Assembly: GCA_002633005.1 (NCBI GenBank)
Contig: NMRA01000728.1
Coordinates: 62,504-126,503 of the forward strand
Direction of reading: 5' to 3'
Origin: Phoronis australis
Taxonomy: Eukaryota; Animalia; Phoronida
DNA: 64,000 nt
In this document: piece by piece, positions 12,801 to 25,520 of the stretch
How the letters are laid out: every line of letters starts with the position of its first letter
Position numbering within the stretch: position 1 is the first letter of the stretch
The notes under the pieces: generated by a model
What the model was told of the DNA's origin: nothing
The model's input: the letters and a program-made list of their open reading frames with translations, nothing else
The model's database searches: none
Translations under genes and position numbers: made by a program

Positions 12801-15800
12801 TTTGTTTTCTCGTGGGGGCAGCTTCGCTATAAGGGTACAGCTTACTGCTGGTTTTTCACAAGACGGAAACGTACCTCCACGGAAACAGTTCCAGTGTTAC
12901 CATGGTAACCGATATTGCAGTGTCGGTGCCGTTTTTACTGACATTGGTCATGAACCTATCATGTGATATCAAAATTGTTCAGAAACGATTCTGTTTGAAG
13001 CAGAAACTGGAGTAGAAAATTTGGTCAAAAATGACTCATTCCACACCAAGAAATTGCCTCATTTTGCCCCCCAGAAGACTTCCCTTGTATCTCCTAAACC
13101 ACCAAACTTTGTGGTGTCATGCTTCACTCATTTTCTCTCATCCCTAATGTGATTTATCAGACTAAACATGGATATGAATGGTTGACCCCCCACCTTGCCG
13201 CTTGTTGGCTGTACTGTGGTCGGTGGATCCGTGGACTGATACTTAAGAACATGAACGATTTTCCCCATCATAGAAAATATTTTTGAGCTAGAGCCGTGTG
13301 AAGCATTGTCAAATTTTGACTGTTCTGAATATTTCAGCACTCCCTGTTGGTCATATTGATGATGTTGTCTAACTAGCATTACATGAAACTAATGCACATC
13401 TTTGTTAGCGAGCTGTTTGCGATGTATCAAGCAGACTGTTTTTGAACGCTTTGTTTTGCTTTTGTTAGAGCTGTCAGCGTTTTTTGTTTTAAATTAATTT
13501 CGTTACTGTTATCTACATGTGGAGAATTTCTCGCTTACACTGGTCACCCCTCTGATTCCCTAAGCCCCAGACAACTTGTATGGAGCCTATTCAGCTCGCC
13601 CTTTGTATTGATGTATATCTGAGCTAATGATGTGGAAGGTAATAGCAAGCACTACTTTCTTAACAATGGTGGTTGTTATTACACCCAAATAGGTTTTCTC
13701 TGGCATTTGCTCAGAGTTAAAGCCTGCAATGTAGAGAGTAGTTTTAACTTGGTAAATTTTAAATATTGCAAAAAGACTGAAACGTTAATTTGTGTGGATC
13801 TTAACAAACGACCATTTCCCAACGGAACGTTGCTTTCAAATGGTTCACACCTGTTTTCATTACTTTATATTCAAGTCTCCTGTCTACTTTTTTCTTACCG
13901 GGTAAGGTTGCTCTCTTTTTATTTTGTTTTTAAACGAAGTATCAAAACAACTTAGAAGTCAGTTAAGTGTAAATTCATCCCTGACTTTTCCAGATTATAG
14001 TTACACCAAACATGTCACAGCAAACAAAATTACACCAAGGTCAATGTTTATTAGAACTCAAATCATAAAATATATTCAAAAGCGCAAATGGCGGTAGCCA
14101 AACTGAAGATTTGGAACCTCTGGACAATTTCTGTTGCAGTAACTACATAACTATTTTAGCTTTTTCTCAATCATGAAAAATGAAATCACAGCTCTTGCCC
14201 CGACCAAACTCATCCACTGCTTGCACTCTCTCGTTGACTTCAAAGCTATCCATTTCTTGTCTTTACACGTGTTCCATTACAACTACAATCTAACTATCGA
14301 AATTGGCGCATTTCCACGAATATCAGTGATCCGGTTATTGCACTACTCCTCGAGTAAAGTAGTTTGGCATGCCCTGGACCATAAGCGATGTTTTAAAAGT
14401 TATTGACATCTAATTTAGTCAACAATCCACGTGATATTGTTAATTCTAATCGCTGTTTGTAAATCCGGCGAGTATATCAATACTCACAGTCGTTTATCTT
14501 CAATCGTACCCAATGTTCGTAGTTTTTAGCTTAATAGTTCATCGATTTTTAAAATTCGAAACCCAAACGTGCTTGTTTTTTTCTATCTGAATACCGCTGT
14601 GGCGTTTGTTTTTAATGAGCACTGTTGGTTAACGGACTTTTTGTACAGGCAGAGATGTTTACTTCAGTTTATGGCGCGGTAATTACACTTAATTGGGTCT
14701 TGCTTGCACCAGACAATGTGGTCATTGCAGCCGAGTCCGACTATGGCGCCGCGCTATCTTTGATCCTGGTAAAAGCCGCTGAGAAGGACGAGCGGTGAAA
14801 AGTCACGCATATCTTTAGAAAAGCGTGACTTTCGTGTAAGCGCAATATTCACGGCATGTAACTGTTCTCATCTGTCATACAGACCCTCCAGTGTTCATGG
14901 ATACCGCTAAGCCAGACTCCAGGATAATTGTTGTCGGAACAAATGCAGACTTCAAGTGTCGACCCAAGGACCTGAAACCTTCTGTCACCTCCACGACCTG
15001 GTTCGTCAACTGTGTTCAGGCTGGTAAGACTCTTCTGCTTCATTGCATAGAATTAGAATGTGTGGTGACTTAGGAGGCAGTAAACTATGTGCAAGTAGAC
15101 TACTCGATTCGAGCCCCTAATTTCCAAAAACTTTAACAAATGAAAATATTTTTGTGTTAAGTGGGAAATTCTTCATATGATGAGATATGTCTTGTTTATC
15201 CTTCGTCTAAGCCACACCGTTTTAAGAGAAAAAGTAGTTAACGATGAGACCAGTGCAAAATTATGGCACCATAGCCGTTTCTCAAGTTTGATTTGTCAAG
15301 ACGACAGTTCAGGGATACTTTCAGTGAATTGCGTTAGTACACAGGTTAATTTAGCATGAGTTTGATGTTTCTTAAATTTTTGCTCTAATGTGATCCTGTT
15401 TACTCGCTACAGACTCAAAGGATCTCAAACCTTTCCAATTTCTACATTATGAAAATCATTTAGCACCCAGAAACAGATCACTGGAGTTTACCTAAGTCTT
15501 TGGCCAGTAACTCCGTAACTCTTTTTGATGGTGCAAAATAATTTCACTCGCGATAAGGGAAAATTGTGAGAGCTTATTTTATAATTTGAAGGGTAGGATC
15601 AAAAAGGGATGAAATGCTCTGTTATTAGTATTTTAAACGAAAATATTACTTTGTACTCTTCAACCAATGTGAACCATCCATTTTCAAACTTTGTTTCTAA
15701 CAACCATTTTCTCTCACCTTTGGACAAGCCCCTAGGATACAGATCAAATTATCAAGAATTCTCTTATTGAATACGAAATTTTCATTTTCCCAACTTTTTG

Positions 15801-18800
15801 GAAGTTAGTGAGAACAGTGAATTTACTTATTTACTTATTTATTATGATGCTGTGGTTTTTTGAAGAAATGCACTGGTACGAAATCATTCAGAAACTAGTC
15901 CTTGTGATCCTGATTCATGACCTTTCTCACTCTGCTTGCGTGACCTTACACATTGCTAGTTAAGAGAGTGTTGGCCCCTATTATAAATTCGTCTGAAAAA
16001 GACAATTATGAAAGCTTTTATGAGCAAACTGCAGTACAAGGCAAAAATAATGAGACAAAATACAGTTTTCATGTCGTAGAGGCTGATTCTGTTTTAAAAC
16101 AACAAAAATAATTGGCAATAACTATTTTAGCTGCAAAAGTTCTAATTACAGGATGGTTAAGTCATCTTACTGACATTCTTGTCAATTCCCCTTCATTCTC
16201 AGTCACAGTGGCGGATCTAAAATATCACCAGGGGGGCCCACATTTTGTTTGTAAACATTTGCTCAAATCAGAGTGTAGATGCGCATAGCACCGAATGGGG
16301 GGAGGAAATTTTTCTCTTTTTTCCTCTAAAAATCAAGCATTTTCCTTGATTTCTGAAGTATTATCCAAGAAAAAAGGCAAAAAAACGGAGAAAAGAAAAA
16401 CTACAAGCGCCACAGACTTGAACTCACGACCTGGCGGATAGAGCGCGCATGCTTAACGCTGCACCAACACGATTTAACTCCTAACTTGATACTATGAGAC
16501 CTACTTGTTTATGGTCCACAGCGTTTGCGCGCAAAACCTTCGTTTTGTAATGCTTATTACATGTTTTATATTTTGTGCAATCAGTTCGTAACAAATTTGT
16601 TGTATTTAAGTAGTCTTCAATTGCCCAAAAGACCAATTCCGTTTTTAGTGTTGGCAATAATGACGCGATCTCTTTGGAAGTCGTCTTAAGTTAAGGTTTG
16701 ACAAAGAGAGCATTATGAGTTTCTGAGTGATTCACTAAGGCTTCCATTAAAATTGACAGCTTACCAACAGCTTCTGTTTTTTCATCATCACAAAGATTCT
16801 ATTTTATTTACAAAATGAAGTACTTTTCTTCATTGCACAGGGGAGCAAACGACGGAAACGGAGTCGTAGTGCCCAGTGCCACTGCCGGTCGCCTGAGGTA
16901 TCGCAGGAGAGCCTATACTTAGCCATAGTTCCGTTACGATCGCGCCGTGTTCCAAATTTGACACTTAAAATTGGATCTGAGCCAAAACACTAAAACTGCA
17001 TACATTTAAATCTTGTTTCAGCCGTATAATTTTAATTACCGGGGTGTTAATCAATAAACTCAACATTTCCCTACGCTCTTGCTGTTTTATCTTTTTGCGG
17101 CAGCCAAGGGGGGGAGGCGGTCCCCCTGGGCCCCTCCTAAATCGGCCTATGAGTCATCAGGGGAAACTACTCTGACGATGAATTCAGTTTCCGCCCAGAC
17201 ATCATGATGGGGAATTCTACGTGGTTACCGTTGTGTTATGGGATTACGCCATGGGCTGTTGTTTTTCACTGATTGCGGTGTCATCTAGCTAGTTGTTAGA
17301 CTACACTCCATGTTGCCAAGGTTGCCGAGCAACAGTTGAAATCTCCATTACAATTTCTCATCACCTAAATGGCTTTGCAGATGGGGTCTGCTCTTCAATA
17401 TGGTTTTACCAGGATATCCGTTTCGCTTCAAAATGCTACTTTAGGTAGAATATTTCCAAAGAAATCTATGATGGTGTAGCATTTTGATTTGGGACAAGAG
17501 GTGGAATTTTGTAGAGACACCTTATCCTAAGATAAAAATACTACAGAAAATGGGTTAAAATGGGGTAGATATCATAGCTGCTAGCCCATGTTAAAATTGT
17601 GCCGTTTTGACCATTCCATTTTCATTTTCAAGCGTGTCGAAATGAAAATGCATCTGAAAGTGATCCTATTGAATAATCATGTGCACGTACTGTGTTCTCT
17701 TCAGTGGACAACGACAAGATCAAAGTACCCAATGCTGCTGATCCCTACAACACCCTGACGGTTCTCAACGCCCAGAAACCTGGCAGTATCATGACCTTAC
17801 AGTGCGTCGCCATCAGTCCTGCAGGCTACACCATCCAATCAGCTGCCGTCAACGTTTATGGTAGGTTCTAAAATAGTCCATTAAATGGCACCGTCTAATT
17901 TTGTAAACTGTGACGAGATGGTATGAAGATCAACGTTAAGCAGGATATAGTGAGTAGTACCTGTTATATCCTCAATCCCCCGTGTTACATTTTCTAAATA
18001 AATTAGTTAGGTTCTCGATGTTTGAAACTTATTTACATATTGCCCAATGTATTCTTTGGAGTTTTTATGCAATAATAACCTATCTTTTTTAATTTCGCAA
18101 GGAGTCTCATAACTCAACAATTTGCATGTCGTTATCTGTCATAAACAGTGTAATTTTATACGGCATACACAAATTTTCTCCGAGTCTTCTATCTTGGCAT
18201 CAGGAAACGCATTAAACAGACTGGTCATGTCCTGTGAGATTTTTTGCAGCGTTCTGGCGTAAGGACAGGTCTTGATGTGTATCCTAAATGCTACACTGGG
18301 GTCTTGTCTAAGTAGGAAGACAATTTTCGTAGCGTAGAGGTATGTTTCGACAAACGTTTGAAGTCGGAGACATAAACATTAGCAAATGACATGTGTCGTT
18401 CGAGGATCCATCCAGGTAAAAAGTGTGCTTTTTCCTTTATCTGGACGCCAGAATCTCCAGGCACGTATGTCCAGAACGCAACCAGTTTGTTTCGCACGAA
18501 AAGCAGGTCAGTGTGCTGGCAAGGTTCGAGAGTTAGAGGAGAACGCCACCTAAAAAACAACCTATTTTGTTTCAATTTAGATCGAGTAGTTCTCGATAAT
18601 GGCACGTTCGGTTGCGTTACCTGACACCTGACGGCGGCGGAGGTGTTGAAATTATCCAATGACGTCATTGGTTTCACACGCATTCTGTTCAGCAGTTCAC
18701 AACACGGGTTAATGGAGTCAGCTTATGGCTTGAATTCATTGTTTAACACCAATAAATCATCAAACTTCGGTGTAAAACCCTTAAAAATACGCCGAGTTCT

Positions 18801-21800
18801 TATAAAAACGTGTTGTTTTATTTCGCTGTTAGGGATTTATTGGTATTTGGACACACCGAAGCCTACAAAGTTCGGCAGGCCAATTTACCAAGGTCCGTAG
18901 CAGGAGTTTGGGGTCTGTTCGGAGATAAATTCGAAGTATTCTTCCGTGAAATACAGATAGGAGAACTTAGATCTTTGTTGTTTTTGAGTTCTAAACACCC
19001 AAAACGCTTGTTATCCCGACCAGTGGCTCGGAACCCGATCAGGCCCGTCAAGACAGGACTGACTCGTTATTGTATCTAATGAGACAAACTTTGTTTGAGT
19101 TTTATATAAGCATTGGTTAGGATGAGAATAATTCATTTTGAAACAGAACGCATAATAATAAACGTCTACATGGCAACTCGTCCGGCGCCAATCCCGACTT
19201 CATGACGGCGTTTTTCCGTTCAGTGACTTTACCAGTGAGCGTGTGCTAATATCTAGCTTCTTTGTTAGCTGCCAAGCACAGTCTTTTGTCTGGTATGACA
19301 ACGGGCAGGCCAATTATCTACCAGACCACGTGTAAACAGTCAAACCCAGAGCGAACTGGTGCATCCGTAAAATGTAGATTGTCGTAACTTCGGTTGTAGT
19401 TGGGTTATTTTGGCAATTCAAAAAACTAAACATGATCACCATTTGACGAGGATTTCAGAAATGCTTTTATTTTGTGTTCATATATGTTAAAACGCAACTT
19501 TCATATTTAGCAGCACAGCCCAGTGAGGCTTGATGTGATCTTACAGAAGAGTAGAGCAATTATCGAACAAAAGAGAGCTGGCACTCTAATCTTAAATGCC
19601 AGAATGGAGTTAATCAGTCGTATAAGATATTGGCTATAGGGTTGATCTTCCCAACTTGTTGTTGGGCTGTAGAATCGAACAAGTTGGGAGTAACGGGAAA
19701 ACGCCGTAATATAATCAAGAGCTCATCCGACGAAGACTTCACGGGTCGGATCGTTAGGTTTCACAGGCTATCAGTTCGAACCGGAATACATTGATCAAGA
19801 AATAATAGAGATGCGCCGTGAACATGCACAGGCAACGGAACGTATGGATACATGTAGTTCTTTGGTAAGCCGGAATTTGTCAGAGAAATCACTGTCGACG
19901 AAATGCCGACCACAGACACGGAGATGTTTCACGGCCTCATTCTTGCTATTAACAGCGTACCTTTCTTCCTTCACTACCGGGAGCCACTTCCTAAGCATTT
20001 CGGGCTCTCGAGAAAGTCGAAAAATCGATATACCCGATTTCTTCGCAGTTTCATAGTTCGGACAAGCGAGAACGATCCACCACAAAATAGCGGCATTCAC
20101 TCTGCAGACGAACCACTGACGTCGCTGCGTCGTTTCTCACCTTCCTCACCGGTTAACGCGACACCTGTCGGCAAGGTGAGGTCGACCGTATAAGAGGCGA
20201 TGTGGATATAGACCGATTAAGACGGTAAAAAGACTAATTAAACCGGTCGGCATTCTCCTTTAAAGATCGAAGGGCGTTGTATCATCTCGAATTTCGTGCA
20301 ATTAACTCAGCATTGGCATATCCACTATGAGAACACCCTGGTCCTTCAGCGATAGTGGTGTTTTTGAACAGATAAGGAAATCTAAACTAGTTCCATTGTT
20401 GTTCGCCGACAAAGAACCATCTTTCGCAATCCATTGGGGGTTATAAAACAAGTGGCAATGAATATGGCATGTTATGTGTTGCAAAATTCAATGTTTTCAA
20501 CATTTATGTGTATTCAATATTGATTACTATTTTATTCAATGTTTTTAAAATCTATGCTTCGTGTTATTATATGTATCCAATCTTTTGTGTATTTGTTTCC
20601 GGTCATATTTCATAACGGAATTCTGGGTAAATTGAAACGACGGCTCTAATTGGTCTGCAATAAATGTATGTTCCATTATTTTTATAAGTGAACGAAGATG
20701 ATAACACGAGCAGTCTTATGAATGTCAGCAAATTCATTGACATGGTTGCTGCAGCCTGCATAAGTACGGCTACGTTACATTCGCTGATTAACTCCGTTGT
20801 TTAAGTTTAAGGAAATTTCAGTTTGACATGGTAAAATTCTTCAATGTAGGACAGCCTCATACATGTACATTCGGGACACGAAACCAATTCCGACATTTGG
20901 GACATGGGAGAGTTTGGTGTATTTATCTTTCTGACGCTCTGGTCACTGCCTGCGGCGGTTTTTATAAAACAGAGTTGGCATTGGCCTAACCAGGGTGCAA
21001 AGGGGGCAACCGGCAATGGCCCCTTTTTCATTGCAAGAAAGCCCCTATTGGAGGTCGTTACAGAAATAGATTATGTGCTATGTTCTATGTCAGAACCGAA
21101 TTCCTCACGAATCCGCGCGTCAATGGAATGAAGGGCATATAAATAGGCATTTATGTGTCACATAATGTCATTCACCACCTCTGAATCGCCTGAACTGAAT
21201 GCGTGTTCGCAAGTGTGGGTGGAATTGGCTAAATTGTCGAAAGAATAAAGAAGCCGCCATATTAATCACGTTATTGAACATATAAAAGTTAATATCGAAT
21301 ATATCTTTGGAAACATCAAACATATAGTTAGTTAATCGCACATAAATATATTTTATTATGGAATACAAAAATGTTAACATCAAATATACAAAGAATAAAA
21401 TCAAATATAAACAGAAGCTATTGAATGCATATAATAAAATGAAACATAATTATTTTTGAACAGTGAATTTTGCAGCACATAAAACGTCATTGGCGACAGT
21501 GTGAGTGAGAGCAGCCGCTCAGTCCACCTCATCACTCGACGAGCAGTCAGTTTAGGTTTGGAAAGAGAGGTTTTAAATGTAACTAAATTAGTCTCCTGTG
21601 TGGGTGTACCTGTACCGTCTACTTCTAAGCTCCTCAACTAAGCAGTGTCATATTTGTGTTGTAGAACAGTTTGGGTGGAAAAATGGAGTCGTCCCAAACA
21701 CCAAGCATACAGTCACGTCCAAAACGGATAATATGACATACACGTTCTGCTGCCCGTACGTGGCCGATCCTCAAGAGCAAGTCAGTGTTGTGTGGTACTT

Positions 21801-22036
21801 CAGCGTGACCGACTGTCAACCGCCAACGGATAACCAGCGCGTTGACTTAATGCAGGGTGTCAAATATATTGAAGGAGGTCCCTCAATTACCGTTGATCTG
21901 AGCCAGACGCCACCGCTCAAGAAGTCACGTGACATTTACAACGGTTTCTACACCTGTGTCGTAGTGCCCACGAACAAGATCTACGCACAGAACAAACTGA
22001 TCGCCCAGCAGCAGTTGTACTTTAAACCTGATGCAG
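6886..22036 (+). CDS. Neuroglian/L1CAM-like multi-immunoglobulin protein, partial. Exons 6886..6994, 7413..7600, 10710..10850 (allelic copy 14883..15023), 17705..17860, 21665..22036; three Ig domains
   Basis: All exons have AG/GT ends and compatible phases (1-2, 2-1, 1-1, 1-1, 1-1). Spliced peptide: ...FELRAIFAGNPLPTYENW..EGIYKLC..VELE / YPPVF..DFKC..W..LTVLNAQKP..LQCVA..GY..VNVY / ..TFCCPY..VVWY..GFYTCVV. These show Ig I-set patterns. Start and last exons were not identified. Confidence 0.85.
8303..8685. mobile_element. Left end of a TTAA-targeting TIR DNA transposon (Kolobok/piggyBac-like, non-autonomous)
   Basis: Follows TTAA at 8299..8302. The terminus gtactagtccacg...agcggcaaggtgggggtcagcc is the inverted complement of 13180..13242. 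The empty site gattaagaac is at 9021..9030. Confidence 0.8.
8687..12583. repeat. Near-identical copy of 7963..8302 + 13243..16757 between two single-N joins; probable uncollapsed haplotype
   Basis: Only scattered SNPs and small indels between copies. Bounded exactly by n8686 and n12584 and nested between the two halves of one transposon. Confidence 0.85.
12585..13242. mobile_element. Right end of the same TTAA-targeting TIR element
   Basis: Ends cgtggactgatac followed by TTAA at 13243..13246; the downstream flank matches the sequence after the empty site at 9027. Confidence 0.8.
14883..15023 (+). CDS. Second copy of the Ig half-domain exon (PPVFMDTAKPDSRIIVVGTNADFKC..STTWFVNCVQA)
   Basis: 141 bp with intact AG/GT; one amino-acid difference (A>T) from 10710..10850. 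Confidence 0.8.
16206..17151. mobile_element. hAT-like non-autonomous element with a 5-bp TSD (AGTCA); partial allelic copy from 12033
   Basis: Termini cagtggcggatcta...taaatcggcctatg, with AGTCA on both sides (16201..16205 and 17152..17156). Confidence 0.7.
16403..16468 (-). other. tRNA-like/SINE-head relic (allelic copy ~12230..12295)
   Basis: The minus strand has an A-box-like TGGTGCAGCGTT and a B-box-like GAGTTCAAGTC at tRNA-like spacing; no clean cloverleaf. Confidence 0.45.
18200..19080 (-). pseudogene. Highly decayed coding relic, possibly a Penelope-like reverse transcriptase
   Basis: Minus-strand FDDLLVLNNEF (~18735..18765) resembles the Penelope RT YIDD-L-x-LNN motif; downstream HTDLLF and ANVYVSDFKR weakly follow the expected motif order. 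Many stops. Confidence 0.35.
19530..19710. repeat. ~180-bp repeat homologous to 672..853
   Basis: Shared strings tagagcaattatcgaacaaaagagag, agaatggagttaatcagtcg and cgaacaagttgggag. Confidence 0.8.
19795..20263 (-). mobile_element. THAP zinc-finger relic near a TTAA|AG terminus; Kolobok-like transposon fragment
   Basis: Peptide ACPN..GISIFRL..EP...KW..LRVCGRHF..SDF matches THAP (first Cys lost). The minus strand reads TTAA-AGGAGAATGCCGACC at ~20262. Confidence 0.7.
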
Positions 22037-25000
22037 GTATGCACAACTTATGTTTTTATGTCGGTGCAAATGTGTCTACGCTTTGCAGATGTACACTCGT
22101 CTCAGAGGTCTGCTCTGTGAGTCTTATAAAACCCTATTCAGAATTAAATTAAGAACTGAAAATTGACTTGGTAATCTTCTGTCAAGTTCAGAGACTTGGA
22201 GACATTGTAAGATCACTAGACATGATTGACAGTAGCCTTGACATCGATGTCTTCCTTGAGGGAGCCTAAGCATAGTGAATCTGACTGCCAAGTGAGATTA
22301 AAGGTCGATTTTATTTTGTTTTAGTTGTCCCCAATTTCCTGAATTCGATTCTGGCTCAGGGATACGCGCTCTTGTCATGAGCAAACCTATGATCAAAGAG
22401 AGGTTGTGTTAAGGACACAAAACCTTGCTAATTGTTTCACACTATTTTCGCGGCAGCTTCCATGTTCGCTTTCTCTGTTCACAAAACTGTTAATATTCTA
22501 CAATTTGTGAACGGTATATGGAATAGATGTGGCGCTGGAAATTGCTCTCATTGATACGATTGACGAAGTACTTGGAAGCCTTCGATAGACGAAGATTTTT
22601 GCGAGAAAACCGAGAACACGCAAGGTCCTCAAAATCTCACGAATTGAAGATATGCAGAAATGTGTGGCATATATTACTGCATATGAGCTAACTCTTGCCT
22701 GCAGAAATATATGGGAATGAAATATTAATAACTATTTAAAGTAAGGAGAAATGATGTCCTAACTTGCCGATAGCCTGTTGCAGAGGGTGTAAGAGAATAT
22801 TGCCAAATAACTGCCATTGGTGAAAATTTGTCAACATACCATTCAGGCCTACGTGGATGTATAACGATCATCCAGAAGCTAGTGTTTGAGTGCAAAGCTC
22901 ATTTTAAAGTAAGTTTTGCGATGAAATTATTTCACCATCGGATTTCTTGATAGATTAAGTGGCGACAAGGAGTATACAGAGAATGCTGATCCCAACTCCA
23001 TGCGGTTTTTCGTATTTTTTCCACTGTTCGTGTCTTGTCTTGCAATGGAATTTGCACTTTGTTGAAAAGAGCACACAATACGTAAGAAACATTGTTTTCC
23101 GATCGGTATGACCTTGGGAATACTTTCGTAAAAGACAGTGTAACTTAACCAATATTAATATGTTTTTGGACAGTCTAGTCATACAGGAGACGGTTTAGTT
23201 TATAGTTTGTGTCTTACTTGGTTGAATGTTTTAAATGTGGACTTCGTTCTGAGACCCTTATCGTGTTGTAGATTTTTCTCAGAAAAGCCACAGTAACTGA
23301 GTGGTAATGGGTGGCTGGTGTCCAAAAACGTCTCAATTTCGGTACAATCTCAAGAAAACAAATGATTAGAAATATTCAAATGAAACAGGACTGTCTGACA
23401 GTCTATGAACTAAACACATAGGTCTTTTCTGCCTTTTTGCTCAATATCATTTTTGGCGTCAGAACAAAATGGCGGGGGAGGAGCAGAATACAAGGATGTC
23501 ACCATGGTGGTAGTTTTGACCCCTTCGCCCTGGTCGCAACTTATTTCCCGCACCCGCACCCCTCTTCTGGCGCTGAGTCCTCTGGTGACTCACGCATTCG
23601 CGTTCGAGTTGAACGTAAAGACAAACCTTTCTATTGGAAGACGATGCATCTGCTAGCGTGTGCCAGTGACCTCTTGTGACTCAAACCTTCGCGACGGCGT
23701 TTAACGTACGTAGCCTAAGCTCTGTATATAACGGAACTCAACGCATACATAAGTGTAAACCTGTGACCTCGGGTGTCTCACGCGTTCGTTTTCGCGTTTA
23801 ACGCGAAGTTGAAGCTTTCTAATTGGTGCACGGAACGCAGCTCACTTATTGGTTTGCACTAATTTAGTGGAACCATTCACTTCGGTGCGTCTTAAATTTT
23901 TTTGATGAATTATTTCGAGAGTACATTTCTTCTTGCGATTGTGTTTCTAGATGTTTTACAAAAAAGAGCTTAACTTTAAAAAACTCACAAATTGCGTGAG
24001 GTGTTCCAGAGTTCAGTAAGCTCTGTAAAACCACGGCTGCGTTCTGTGTACGCAGTACATTCGGAAAAAAGTTAAGATCGGGCAAGTATTACGAGATTAT
24101 AATGCATTACAAGCAAAGTACTTGATGATACTGGCGTTACTGGCGTGTGTATTCCATCTATGGAACGAAATCTGGGATTCACACATTCTGTGGTTGAGAA
24201 GGGAATCTTAACGGAGCGGATTAAAATCAAGATTTCCCGTTAGCAGCTTTAAGTCGACTGTTCTGGCGCAGTGTCAGCGAACGATCGAGAGAAACACAGG
24301 TGATTCTACGTACAGCCTAATTCTTTTATTCGAGTGCCGTCAGTACATAGACAAACCCGTAAACTGAAATAAACAAAACCCCGAGTCACTACTACGAAAT
24401 ATAATACAAGCACAGGAATTGACAATATATACAAAAACCGTTATTTACATCAACGAAGAAAATATACAAGTAACGAAATGGCTACATCAGATAAACTGAA
24501 TCTTATATGAAAATACTAGGTACAAAAACGAACCTACACAATTCTGCCGTGAGACCGTGACACAAACTAGATATCAAGTCACACTAAACCATTACAATAA
24601 TATGAGCTAGAAACAGACTGGTTTGTGAATTGCAATCTCAAGGTCGCAGCGAACAACGCCCAAACCCTCGACACGAACCACAAAGGACGAAATACGGCGA
24701 AGTAAATAAAGCGAAAATACTGAAACTACTCGGGACACGAGAAAATGCATTGCACAAACCAGAATATAACGATAAGCAAAAGAACAATACTTACATCATG
24801 AAAACCCTGCAATCTCGACGAGGAAACCAATGACGTGCATACACTGCACACACATAAATACGAAATACGAATGAATGGAACTGGCGGGTAAAACGCTTTT
24901 AAATGTCAGTACCACGTGATAAGTTCACAATCTGGGGGGTACTTGAAAATGAGTACAACAGGAAACAATACTTAATATACGCAGGCAATATGAATGATTG

Positions 25001-25372
25001 CGTCTGCAGTAACATCGACCACTGTATCAAAAATCAATCATGTTACGCGTGTTTCTGTGTAATATTTGTATCACGTTCGCTGTTCACACGGTTTGTTGGC
25101 TTTGACAATTGAAGTTAGTTTCCTTCCGGGTTGTAAATTTAAAGCATATAGCAAACTGCACTCAGTGTTATTTCTTGACGACCCAGCACAGATGGACCTT
25201 GGCTGTCCCAGAGGCATTCTGCATTCATGACCAAAAAACGCTTCCTGCTTGTCCTTCGCAGGGCTTACGTGGATATCTTTCCCTCGAATGCTGTATTTGC
25301 CAGATCTGGCACTGAGTGATCAGTGTTTCTATTTATCGTCCTCGTTCTTGGCGTCTAATCGCAGTTTCTCTC

Positions 25373-25520
25373 AGTGGCGGATTTAGAGGGGGGCCATGCC
25401 CCCCCCTTAAATACCCCAGATTCCATTTGAGAGTTCAGGGGGTGCGAATGTCTGACGGGCAAAATCCAGGCTAATACTCTACCCTGGTCCCCCTTACCCA
25501 AAATTCTGGATCCGACCTTC
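25373..25520. mobile_element. CAGTGGCGGAT-type MITE (same family as 36707..36859 and 52094..52255)
   Basis: cagtggcggatttagagggggg...ctggatccgacc; internal sequence shared with the other copies (ttccatt, gtgcgaatgtctgacggg, aaaatcc). Confidence 0.75.
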
